Positions 37,854-49,731 of a DNA stretch of 64,000 bases are shown in pieces. Source of the DNA: Amphiscolops sp. MND2022. Taxonomy: Eukaryota. How positions within the stretch are numbered: position 1 is the stretch's first letter; the number at the start of each line of letters is the position of its first letter. The notes beneath the pieces were generated by a model. The model was not told where the DNA came from. It saw only the letters and a list, made by a program, of their open reading frames with translations, and ran no database searches. The translations under genes and the position numbers were made by a program. Where the stretch lies: assembly GCA_964187785.1 (NCBI GenBank), contig OZ076409.1, positions 88,972,001-89,036,000 on the forward strand, written 5' to 3'.

Positions 37854-40495
37854 TGTAGAAATTTTAGATTTCGAGGGCGAAGAGATTTTCCCAAGAATCA
37901 AACTCTATCAGAAAAAGGAATTTTGGTGAGTAAGTTCGGTTATTTCTATCGTGTTCTCGCTTATCCAAAGTCTCTCCAGTGCTCAAGTTATTCGGTTTTC
38001 TTGAATTGACTAAGAAAGTTGAAGTAATATTCGAATTACTTTTTATAAAGAAAGTCAAGTTTGGTTCTTTACCAACAATCGCTAACTAATAACTACACGC
38101 GATTCAGCCAACTGCGAAGCAGCGCAAAACACAAGTTCTCGACTTGTTCAAGTTCAATCTCTAGAGCTAACGACAAACCAGTTCTTATAGCGAAGCCAAG
38201 TTTCTTGCTTTCGTCTCGAGGCTCAACTTGCTTTTAGCTCTCTAACTCGGTAGTGTCTATTCAATTATGTTCTGATTCCGCCTCAATAATATTTGTTCGT
38301 CGCTCGTGTTTCTAGTCATCTCATCTTGACTTTCTATCATACTTGACATTTTCGTTACTTACAGGGCGTCGGCGTCTTAAATTTGCATGAGTTTACCTTC
38401 ATGTTTGCTATTCCTTTCATGGCAAGGCGAACGCGTCTAATTATACTTCGGCTAAACATTCATTGCCGCCAACGATAAACATTCACATCTTGTCCGAAGT
38501 TCACATTTCAATACTAATTCAAGTCACCTGAGATATTTTTAACATCGGAGAAAATGCTCAATGACCTTCAACTACATGGTTTAAGTGTTCTCTACGGGTC
38601 AGGGGTACTTTTCGTTCGTTCTGAGTGCGGTGCATCGCGAATCGTTTCGCCTGACTGAAATGCATAAATTATCACGCAAACGGCGCTGATTTACATGTTT
38701 TATCATAAATTCTTCCATATGCTCAAGGGTTGCATCTAAAATGACCTTGGGGACCAACGGTGACCTTGAAGTTTTTGTCGTCATCTAAAGTTGCTACATG
38801 TCAAGTTATATCCCCCTAGGTTCAATAGTTCCCGAGTTACATGCTATGCGTATCGTTTGTTTACTTAGGGCGGCCACCCCCGCATGGGTTATAAATGCGG
38901 TTTCATTCTTGTTATAAATAGACTACATTCATCATTCCGGTTCGTTTGAGGTATTACAAGCCAAGGTCAAATGTCATCTATCGGTCGGGCCCGCAGGTCC
39001 GGTCCCGCGTGCCTTAAACAAACATTACTCCAAGGAAATCGCTCGTGTATTCAATCAAATTGAAGACATCCTCGAATTCTTGGTCTTCTCGCTGGTTTCG
39101 CATTGTTGCCCAGTCCCATAAAAAATCATACAACACATTCCAAAGTAATGTCCTAGGAGGTATCGTGATTACTTCTTGACAATGATAATCTCGACAGAAT
39201 ATTGTTATTAGGATGGGCCCCCATCAAGCCAGCACCTAATCCAATCTAGCCGTACAGGTCTAGTACGATCCGCTAGAGGCTAATCAAAGCAGAGTTTTCT
39301 AAAAACCATCTATACTGTTGAGAAGAGTAAGTATATGGTAACGGGTAGTTTTTCTTTATGAATAATGCCCTTCGTTATACCGAGTTTGATTTAGGAATCT
39401 ATTTTTCGAGCAAACAAAAGTCTCTTCTTTAGTCTTATTACTTTCAGCAACATTAGGGTACGGGATTGCTTGGTTCTTCACTTGCTACTCACGTTTGGAA
39501 GTACGTCAAAGTATCATATATTACATGAGAAGGATTTTCGCCGTTGAAAGTTTTGTTTACTCAGCAATTTCACTCTTCGCCACGCTCAGTGATCACCAAC
39601 TTGACGTTTCGGAACTACCAAAGTGTACTCTTTAATCTTCTCAACTTCGTGATACTTGAAAGCAATGATGCATGAGAATATCCTAATACGAATGCAATGG
39701 GCATCGTTTTTCTATCGGAGGGTTCTCTCAACGCAGAGCCTGAGTGTAGACGGGGATTACGACATAAGAATATTATTGGAAGGAGGCGAGCAGCTTTCAC
39801 TAGAATATCTGTCGCCTGGCTGGGTCGAATTTACCTTATTTCTGCTGAGTCTCCCCATTCCAGGGGAGAGGGTCGAGGGTCAGACTTTTCGACTCCGATT
39901 GGCCCGACGAACGCTTCAAAGAGTCTTCAAAAAGACGTCGCCTCCGGACTTCTTATACTGAATTCATTTGACCAAAAACTATCATTTTCATCCTAATACA
40001 TTTTAGTTCTAATTTCATCATTTATTGCTTCATCCATATTAACCTACTAAAATAATTTATTTCATCTTTCTTTTTGGCGATGCGCGGGGGAGTGGACCTA
40101 CCGGTCCATATTTACATGTTCGAGGATAAGTTTGGATTGGTTGGGGTTATTTATCGCCTCTAGCAAAATAACAAGGAGAGTAGCACTAGGGTAGGGGTTG
40201 CGAGAGAGATAGGGGTGTGGGTATGTTCACAGGAACCTTAATAAAGGCAATCTGTTAGGGTCAGGGTTGGGTGTTGGCACAATAAAATGTATATAAACAC
40301 AGAATTGGGCTCCTCGAAAATCAGCCTCTGAAAAGATACTCATCATAAAAAACTAGATACAATTTCATCGTCTCGCAAAAAACTGCTTTCGGTGGAACCT
40401 CGATTTGCCTGACAACAAAAATTACGATAACGTAACAACAATTTTAAGAAAAAAATTAAGGGAACGTTGGAAATTGGTTTTGTCAGAAAATATAC

Positions 40496-41560
40496 TCAAA
40501 TGTTCGGCGGATGGAGTTTCACGTACATCGCTGCATCGTCTGGTGGGCACGCATTGCTGTCTTCTCGGTTTCTGCTTTTCAACTGGCAGCGCGAGCGGAG
40601 ACGTGCTCTCTTCTTCTGCTGGGGCCTTCGGGTGTCCCGTGGGTTGAATTGGGTTTTCCATTTACCTCGCTTCCGATGCGGTGCCCAGCAGGATACCGGG
40701 AACCTCCTTTGCTGCTCTGCTGTCTTTCGTCTTCCGCGTTTCCTGTGGGCCACCCAGAGTCGCCTGCAGCATGTTAGGACTGGGCGTTGGGGGATAACTT
40801 CATTTGGGTTCTGGCAGTAGTGTCGCTCATGGCTGCAATCCGCTTCGGTACTCTTGACGGAGCACTTCCCTTCTGCTTGGATGTCCGTCTCTGATCTCCC
40901 AGTTGCCATTGTGACATCACAAGTACATTCAACTGACACTTTGTACACGCCAGTGCAGGGTACAGGGACTTCTTCCACGTCGTGAAATTCAGACCGTTCG
41001 CCTCCATCTTGGTCTGCGTTTTCGAATTCTAGTTCCTCCAATAGAGCGTCGATGATTGTTTCATATTCGTCAGACAGTCTATGTGATTCATCAAACTCTT
41101 CGATTTCTCTCAACATCTCCTCGATCATTCCATAATCTGGGTCACCATCGGATCTTCCGTCTTGCACTGTTAGCCTTTTCACAGAAAGGACTCCTAACAC
41201 TGGCTTCCGAACACTCTGAGCACTTTGGCTGAAAATCCGCTTCATTTCGACTTCAATTTCACTTGGTTCGATCATGATTGAGGAGCACCTCTCTGGAGTC
41301 ATCTTTGTTCTGTATGCTCCCTCTCTATCGACGGCCATTGCTTTCCTTTCTATAGACACTGCTTCTTTCCAATAGTGACCCGCGACGCTTCCGGTCCTGA
41401 TTCCGTTCGATTCAATGACCAGGGACTTTCGATCGGTCAGCTGGATTTGACGCTCAAAACACACAGATGCAACACTGATTTTTCCTGAGCCTACTGTACA
41501 GGCTGGTCTCAAGCTTTCAGTACCTCTATTGATCCACTCACCAAAGACTGGGCCTGACAC
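40496..41560 (-). CDS. 354-codon ORF of unknown function within the LTR element (acidic helical middle, basic/Cys-rich end)
   Basis: Long open frame; no PR, RT or IN motif recognised. Confidence 0.4.
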   Translation of the reverse strand: MSGPVFGEWINRGTESLRPACTVGSGKISVASVCFERQIQLTDRKSLVIESNGIRTGSVAGHYWKEAVSIERKAMAVDREGAYRTKMTPERCSSIMIEPSEIEVEMKRIFSQSAQSVRKPVLGVLSVKRLTVQDGRSDGDPDYGMIEEMLREIEEFDESHRLSDEYETIIDALLEELEFENADQDGGERSEFHDVEEVPVPCTGVYKVSVECTCDVTMATGRSETDIQAEGKCSVKSTEADCSHERHYCQNPNEVIPQRPVLTCCRRLWVAHRKRGRRKTAEQQRRFPVSCWAPHRKRGKWKTQFNPRDTRRPQQKKRARLRSRCQLKSRNREDSNACPPDDAAMYVKLHPPNI

Positions 41561-41876
41561 CCCACCGCATCTTGATTCATGCAGTGTAGGATTATCTGAC
41601 TTTTAACCAGTGAGCCTCGTTTTCTTCCCGTCTTCGATCTGTCTAAGTGCTTCTTCTAAGGTCAGTGGTTGGTACGGACAATAACCTGTCATCGTCACTG
41701 TCCAGCTCGCTCCAGATATCTTCCGTCTCATCATCTGCGTCACTGCCTTCACTCCAAGTCTGGCTACATGGGTAATGCCGGGCCACAGTGCCCTAATTAG
41801 GACTCACAAACTCATCCCAGACGTTTTCACAATCAACGCGTCCGTCATAAAAACTTTTCCTTTCTGTTTCCGGTAA

Positions 41877-42719
41877 TCAACAACTGCTTTCTCCACTTCT
41901 GGGTTCAGTTTCGACTCGCTTTGCTCCAGTCTTGTGTTGATTTGTATCTGACAAACCATTTACTTCGGGAAACTCTCTTATCTTTCGGTCGACGCCGGTA
42001 CTCTTTTCTTTCACAAAAAGCCTTGAGTTGCCAACCCAGAACAAATCTTCAACGTCTTCATTGCTCCTCACGGTCTCTTTTGTCAAAATTGTAGGCCTGA
42101 AAACTTTCTCGGCAGAGCGGTCACTAATGACGCCTTCTGAGTCTGTAGAGGTACTCAGCCACGCTTTGTCATAAATCGCTGCCCTGGCACCACAAAGTCG
42201 CACTCGATGCATTTTACTCCACAATCGGTTCAGCTCCTGCTCCAAGGCCTCTTGATGTTCCAACTCTGGAACAATCACGTTAATTTGACCAGGATACTTC
42301 ACTATGTCTCGGAGATACTCGTCCGTCAACCCTGAGACACAATTGGAGGCCCCGTGCTCAGCACTGAATTGTTTTGAAGCAAGCATTTTGAATACACCGA
42401 CCCGTCTTGCATAATTGTGAAGGCTCTCTTGCTTGCGTTGTCGGAGCTCAAAAAAAAACCTCTCCTCAATAGTTTCAATCTGGTCATTTCCAACGACTTC
42501 TACGAGTCGGCTAAGAACGTCCGACACACTAGGGTCTCCCAACTCTACTTCAACCGACAGCTTCGCTTCCAAACAGGCATTGAACATACAGCCAACGAGA
42601 GATTCCGCTATAATCTGGCAACACTTCGGGTAGTTCCACTTCAACTGTTCGGCCGTGCTCAAGAACTTGAGCAGCCACAATCTCCAACACGGCGCATTGC
42701 TGACTGGGAACTGTTCCAC
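41877..42719 (-). CDS. gag: Retrotransposon Gag capsid-like ORF
   Basis: W..WL.KF...A...W N-terminus and FFELRQRKQESLHNYARRV motif; directly downstream of the PBS. Non-ATG start in the track. Confidence 0.7.
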   Translation of the reverse strand: MEQFPVSNAPCWRLWLLKFLSTAEQLKWNYPKCCQIIAESLVGCMFNACLEAKLSVEVELGDPSVSDVLSRLVEVVGNDQIETIEERFFFELRQRKQESLHNYARRVGVFKMLASKQFSAEHGASNCVSGLTDEYLRDIVKYPGQINVIVPELEHQEALEQELNRLWSKMHRVRLCGARAAIYDKAWLSTSTDSEGVISDRSAEKVFRPTILTKETVRSNEDVEDLFWVGNSRLFVKEKSTGVDRKIREFPEVNGLSDTNQHKTGAKRVETEPRSGESSC

Positions 42720-45578
42720 AACGGCTGGTCCTCTTCCCGGGTTTTCTTTCTTGCGCTTTCATCTCACAAGTCCTTCAAAGTCTGCAATGCCAGGAGGCTA
42801 TGAAAACCCAAGATAAAGTGTTTCCATAATCCAATCTCCAGTAACAAATTGTAACACGATAGCAAATTAACAAAAGGCCCACCAAGGAGCGCCACTGTAG
42901 AATGTTTACATTTCGAGGGGAGAGATTTTCCCAAGAATCTAACTCTATCAGAAAAAACCTTTTGGTGAGTAAATTCGGTTATTTATATCGTGTTCTCGCT
43001 TATCCAAAGTCTTTCCAGTGCTCAAGTTATTCGACTCTCTTGAATTGACTAAGAAAGTTGAAGTAATATTCGAATTACTTTTTATAAAGAAAGTCAAGTT
43101 TGGTTCTTTAACAACAATCGCTAACTTATAACTACACGCGATTCAGCCAACTGCGAACCTGCGCAAAACACAAGTTCTCGACTTGTTCAAGTTCAATCGC
43201 TAGAGCTAACGACAAACCAGTTCTTATAGCGAAACCAAGGTTCTTGCCTCCGTCTCTAGGCTCAACTTGCTTGTAGCTCTCTAACTCGGTTGTGTCTATT
43301 CAATTATGTTCTAATTCCGCCTCAATTATATTTGTTCGTCGCGCGTGTTTCTAGTCATCTCATCTTGACTTTCTACCATACTTGACATTTTCGTTACATA
43401 CAGGGCGTCGGCGTCTTAAATTTGCATGAGTTTACCTTCATGTTTGCTATTCCTTTTATGGCAAGGCGAACGCGTCTAATTATACTTCGCCTAAACATTC
43501 TTTGCCGCCAACGATAAACATTCACATCTTGTCCGAAGTTCACATTTCAAAAATAATTCAAGTCACCCCAGATATTTTCAACATAATCTTCAACTACATG
43601 GTTTAGGTGTTCTCTACGTGTAAGGGGTACTTTTCTATCGTTCTGAGTGCGGTACTTCGCGAATCGTTTCGCCTGACTGAAATGCATAAATTATCACGCA
43701 AACGGCGCTGATTTACATGTTTTATCATAAGTTCTTCCATATGCTCAAGGGTTGCATCTAAAATGACCTTGAGGTCCATCGGTGACCTTGAAGATATTTG
43801 TCGTCATCCAAAGTTGCTACATGTCAAGTTATATCCCCCTAGGGTCAATAGTTCCCGAGTTACATGCAATGCGTATCGTTTATTTACTTAGGGCGGCTAC
43901 CCCCGCATGGGTTATAAATACGGTTTCATTCTTGTTATAAATCGACTACATTCATCATTCCCGTTCGTTTGAGGTATTACAAGCCAAGGTCAAATGTCAT
44001 CTATCGGTCGGGCCCGCGGGTCCGGTCCCGCGTGCCTTAAACAAACAATACTCCGCGCGTGGTGGACCAATTAATGTATCTTTCATGTATATCACTTAGG
44101 ATTGCTATGTGAACATTTTGAGTAAGTTTCATGATCTTCGGGCCATCCGGTGGCTATCTACATAACTTTCGGGGTTTATTCACTCAGGGTCTCTGCTCCT
44201 CCTACACGCGTCGTGAGTTTCCGAAAACATGCACAAGCGGCCTAATCTTTTATGGAGTATCAATTCCAAATATAATACGACTTATTCCGTGCTTGGCCGA
44301 CGAGTTCAGTGGGGGTCGACCTAGGTCACTTCCGGTGCTAATAGCCCAGGGCTGGGGGGTCTCGGCTCGGTTCCGTTTTTATAGGTCGGTAGCATAACAG
44401 CTCAGGTATAGGTGTGCCCAATTTCAAGTCTCTACGATAAGTAGTCTTTGAGAAAAACCTGACTGGGGGGTTTCGATTTGGTCCCCCTCGGTTTCCAAAT
44501 ATCGGGTCTTAGAATATTTTTGCTCTTAAGCGGGATTTAGCAAAATTCGCTCTCAGAGATCTACTCTGACCTAGCCAATTCGACAATTTCATCATCGACG
44601 TCATTCCATAACTTTGTAGTTTTGCCTAAGACGTTTCGTTTACTCAAAGTAAATACTTAGTTTGCCAAATAAGCCCTATCGAAGCATGCTTTGTCAGCAT
44701 GTTCAGCTGTTTCCACTATTCCGGCGGTCTAAAAACAAGATTATCATAGTGCTGTCGATCGTATGTACTTCGCGCAAAAATGATGGTATTTTTCTGAAAC
44801 GCCAAAATTCAGAAATTTCCACACGGTGCTTAACAGGCGTCTTGTCTCAAAACGTTCGGAAAAAAAAAAGTGTTTTTACGTGCTCGAACTTTGAAAAACA
44901 ATCAATTTTGGAATCATTTTTGATCAAAAACCGTTCGATTTTCACAAAAAAAAAACATTTTCGATAGCTAGTTGTTTCAACGTTGAGCTCGATCGATATT
45001 CTACGTGGCACAAATATGGAAATAACGTGCCAATTGTTGCGTATAAAATCTCGAAAATGTAGAATTTTTGAAGTTTTGGCTTTTTCGATGATAATTTCAG
45101 ACACTTTTTTGTCAATAGACTGAAGTTTCCTCACAAAAAAGTCAATACAACGACAACAAACTAAGAAAAGTATACAGAATTTTTAGCAAAGTTAGAATTT
45201 TAAGAAAATTTTCATATCACCAAATGATCTCACCTTGGTTTTTTTCAGGCAGAAAAAAAACTAAATTTATGGCGTGAAAAATTATTGCCTCGGCATTCAG
45301 TCGGGATCGTACACTTTCTTTCGAACACGTTTTCCGCCCATTAGTTCTGCAGGGCGTAGGTTCGCATCTAACCAGTGTCGATTTTCTGTTTCCTTTCAAG
45401 GAAAACTATTTTAGTACTGTTTTCTGATATAATGGTTAGTTGATGAAAACTGGGCCATAGCAAAATTAATGAGTTGTTATTCGATATTTAGTTGGCCCAG
45501 ACCTATTTACTTCAGACTAATTACTGAAAAAAAATGTAATTAAAAAATCAAAATTTGGGTTTGTGTGGTTCGAGTTTA

Positions 45579-45695
45579 CGGAAAAGGAGTTTCCAAAAAT
45601 CAAGGTTATAACAAAATTATAATCAAGGTTCTTGATTTGCGGAAAAGGAGTTTCCAAAAATCAAGGTTATAACAAAATTATTATTAAGGTTCCAA
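45579..45695. repeat. Local tandem duplication (~61 bp)
   Basis: CGGAAAAGGAGTTTCCAAAAATCAAGGTTATAACAAAATTAT x2. Confidence 0.85.
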
Positions 45696-46786
45696 AAATT
45701 ATTCGAACATGCAACGGGATAATAATTGTAAGAATATCTATCAAAATTACAATTATTATCCTGTTGCATGAATAATTTTTGTCTTTTTCAAGCTTGAGCG
45801 GAACGCCGATTTGGGACATTCCCGGTTTGTTTCAGTATTTTGTATCAACATTGTCTTACGAATTGCCACGAAGAGGGATCTGGCCGTTGTCGAATTTTTA
45901 TATTTTCAATTCGAACGATAAAATAATCGTTTTTGATATGTAATCCGAGTTTTAAACGTTGTCGCCGTAGGTGCTGCCCGTAACATTGCGTGGTTCAACT
46001 AACTACAATCACTCTCAAACTTCTTTTTCTTTTCAGTTTGAACAATAATAATATTACTCTTTTCTGTTATAACACAGATATTTCAAAAAATGCGCTATAT
46101 CCGAATTATCAACGTTAATTCCAAACTATATTGCATATTACGAGGACAGAAGCATAGGAAATATTTTTTCAATTTTTTTTGGCATTTCATATGGATGAGA
46201 GCATTGATTTCCTATCAGTACAGACTTTTCAAGCTTTAAACGTTCCAATACGTTTTTTATCAGAAATGATACAATGGAAGGCGTCTGTTATATTTTCAAC
46301 GACAATCAGGAGTCAGAAGCCTCACCAAAGCAATGTCTTTCGTTGTTGTAAAAATCAATTAGGCAGGAAATTAAAATAATTTTTTGAAATTTTGGTTGCG
46401 AATTGTTTGGCTTTTTCTGTTTTCCAAATAATGTTATCGTCAAATTTTCAGTTTTGATCAAAAACATTGCCGAATGTGAATATTTGCAACAAAATTTGTG
46501 TTCCTGTGACAGACCACTGCAATATTTTGTCCTGGCCATAAATTGAGCGCCATGGTATACGACCTAGTGTTAGCATAGTTTAACAATTCTATGCATGTCT
46601 AATCCTAGTCACGTGGAGGCATTTTAAAATAGAGCTCATTAAACGGTTGAAAACAAGAAAATTAAGGGTGAAAGTTGATTTTACGAACCTTAAAAGATTG
46701 TATGTTTACTGACATAGTCAAAATATTTCCGAAACAAACACCAATATGTAATTTTTTGAGTTTAATTACGTTTCGTTTGAGTTTAA

Positions 46787-47325
46787 CCCGGAATAGAGGT
46801 GGAATTTTCTGGATCCATCGTAAAATCGGTTGCTTAAACTTTGAACCGCAATATCTCCTGAACTATTCAAGTCCGAAAAACGATTTATACAGCGTTCGAA
46901 AGAGGAGCATCAGGGCTTTCAAATCAATTTTTAAACTGCTGGGCTGGGGGCCCGCTAGCGCGGGCCCCTTGCGCGCAAAGTTTTTTGCGCGAAAACTTTG
47001 CACGCGTCGTGCCTCTGCTTGCTTTTCAGCATGTTTCAAAACATTCTGAGGCCGCTTTGACCCAATGTTGACACCAGTGGGTTAAAAGGGCCAGAAACCA
47101 AAAATGGGAAAATGGAAAATCTGCAGTTATTTTTTTTTGAATTTTTTGTCTCATTTTCTGGATTTCGGAGACATCACGTCAATATTCCGTGAAAAGGCGC
47201 CGAATGCTATGCAATATTGTCTGAAAGTCTTATTCAAGAGTTTGCTTTACCATACGGTGGGCAGGTGCCTTTAGAAGTTCACAGATCTTAAGTGGTGCAA
47301 ATACGTACCGCGATACTAAATAGGG
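46787..47325. mobile_element. piggyBac-like non-autonomous insertion at TTAA
   Basis: TTAA|CCC...GGG|TTAA. Removing it restores the second unit of a TTTGAGTTTAATTACGTTTCG doublet. An additional internal GGG|TTAA lies at 47081. Confidence 0.6.
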
Positions 47326-48260
47326 TTAATTACGTTTCGACCATTTAAATTTCTCATTTCCTTCTCGAGTTCACCTTGTTTCGTATTCAATTCCCACCAA
47401 CACGAAAACACCTTTCATTCTTGAAAAAATTCTAACAAAAGCCTTACATGGCTGCAAATACTAAGAGGATTGTCTTTTTTCATAATATTGTCCAAAATAG
47501 ATTAAGAGTATAATCAATTCAAATGAATCATTTGTGGCTACCAGTTCTCAGTAAAAATACTTTCCATGAAAAAAATCTAGCATAAACTTTACCCAAAATT
47601 TTGCCAAGTTCTGTTTCAATTCCATTGAATTATTGATTCCTGCTTTGATCTCTCTGGACAAACAGAGAAATGCACATTTTCAATATGAAACAAATGAAAA
47701 ATCGAAGAGCGAAGAATTAAAAGACAGTGAGATTTATGAATAATACACATTGGAAAATCAATCTTCAGAAATTATTATACTGTTCTTTTGTGGGTGAGAA
47801 AAAATAGAAAACTAAAAAATTCGAAGAAATCGCTTCTGACTTCTACCTTCCGAAAATAAACCAATATTAAAATTCATCATTGTTTGCATTCGCTTTAATT
47901 CAATGCTATCAATATAGAGGTTCCATTAATTTGTAAATAAATTTTCTTTTTGATCCAATTATCTTACTAGACAGTAATAAAAATTTTTTTTGTCCGACTT
48001 TTTTTGGGGATGCTTCATCTCTGTTTTCCGAGCCACTGATGAAGCCCTTGTGAGAAAATGTTTTTCTTGCAAGGATCTTGAAAGAATCTTACAAGATCCT
48101 TGCTTAAATTGCATTCTTTGCAAGGTCTTTGCTAGCTATGCATTCCCTTCAAAGATCTTGCACGAATCTTGCAAGGAATTGATTTCCTTGTAAGATTTTG
48201 CACGGAAGGTGTTTCCTTGGAAGATCTTTTACAGATTAAATTTCTTGTAGGAAAAAAAAG

Positions 48261-49020
48261 AACAAGACGAGAACGTCTAAAGTCGGTGCTATATCTAAGG
48301 CTCAAAAAGCGCAGAACATTTTTTTTGGAAAAAAAACTTGAAATTTTCGAAATTTTTTTCTTTCGGAAAATGTTGCACAGTGTCGAAAAATGTAAAAGGG
48401 GGACCCTTTTTGGTTTATAAACATGCATTGTGTTGCAAAATAACAAGAAACTCAAAGGGTTGACCCTTTGGGGACATTAAACATTTTCGAAAAAAGTTGC
48501 ACGGTGCCGAAAAAAAATAAAAGAGGGGACGGTTTTGTAGGTTACGTTAAAAAAGTAAAAAATGAAAGGAGGGACCCTTTGGAGACAAAAAATTTTGGAA
48601 ACAAAAGTCGCACAGTGCCGAATAAAAATCGAAAGTCCCGTCCGGTTTTGTTGGTTACCTTGAAAAAGTAAAAAAAATGAAAGGGGGGACCCATTGCACT
48701 AAGTTTGCCTTGGCCGGACTTGGCCTTAGGTGGTTTCAGGATTTTCTAAAAAGTGGACCGATCAGGGGTACCAAAGTCAAAGGGGGACCAAAGTCGAAGG
48801 GGGACCAAAGTCGCACAGTGCCGAAAAAAAATCCAAAGGGGGGACCCTAAGGCTCGTCCGGTTTTGTAGGTTACCTTTGGACTACGTTTCTGCTGGCCGG
48901 ACTTGGCCTTAGTAGTTTCTGTAAAAAGTGGACCTTTCAGTGTGAGGATTGTAGTCTGAAAAAAAAGTCACTGCCATAGTCGGGCATTTTTCCTTAAAAG
49001 GACAAAGCGCCGACTAAAAA
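48261..49020 (-). mobile_element. HINE-type element
   Basis: AACAAGACGAGAACGTCTAAAGTCGG... start and ...AAGCGCCGACTAAAAA end; close to 27181-27674. Confidence 0.85.
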
Positions 49021-49186
49021 CACGGAATTTTTGCATGCATTTTTAAAATAAGTAAACTTTTAAAATGACATGAATAGCAGTGTGCACAGAAATAAGACTT
49101 GGGAGGAAAACACATACTTGCGAGATCAATCAAGGAATAAATTAAATGTAATGGTATTGCAAGATCTTTGTGAGGATTGCTTTCAT

Positions 49187-49731
49187 AGTCGAGATTGCTG
49201 GAACTTTTTACATGCTGCGTCGAACCATGCAGACTAATTTTGTACAAAAAATCCGGGAGCCTGCATGGAAACACCTTGTAGGCTTACAATGCAGCCTCCA
49301 CTATTTGAATTGAAACTGAAAACAATTCCACTTCTTCACCGCCGCGATCACTTTGATTTCACGCGTAAGTTTCTCAAGTAAGTACCTTAAGTATTCACCG
49401 TTAGTCAATTAGCACGCTGAATATGACGCTACTTTGAAACTTATATTCTGATTAAAATTTATTTGCATTAATATCGCAGTAAAATGGGTGATTAAAGCAG
49501 CGGTCTCGCCTGCTTTTAAAATTAGAACGACGTCCTAATGAACCCTATAAAACTTTGCGGCGCAGAAGTGCCGTCAAATTTAGGATGCATCTTATAGGCA
49601 GCTTGATAAAATTAATTCGAATCAGTGAAGTTTTAATGCATGGACGTTTTTTTGAGAATTTTATAAAATCATGGAAAGTTTGCTTGGTAACCTACAAAAA
49701 CATGTGAAAAGTTCAAGCAGTTCCAACCAGG
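49187..49731 (+). repeat. Dispersed repeat, copy 1 (probable DNA-transposon derivative)
   Basis: Colinear with 60868-61403. Confidence 0.85.

Larger units (their letters stand above)
37854..44823 (-). mobile_element. Non-autonomous LTR retrotransposon (gag-like ORFs, no recognisable RT/IN), TSD CGGTG
   Basis: 5' LTR 42896-44823; 3' LTR truncated 37854-~39030; termini TGTGGAAAT...ATTTCTACA; PBS TGGCGCTCCTTGGTGGG (42878-42894, tRNA-Asn-like); TSD 37849-37853 / 44824-44828. Confidence 0.92.
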
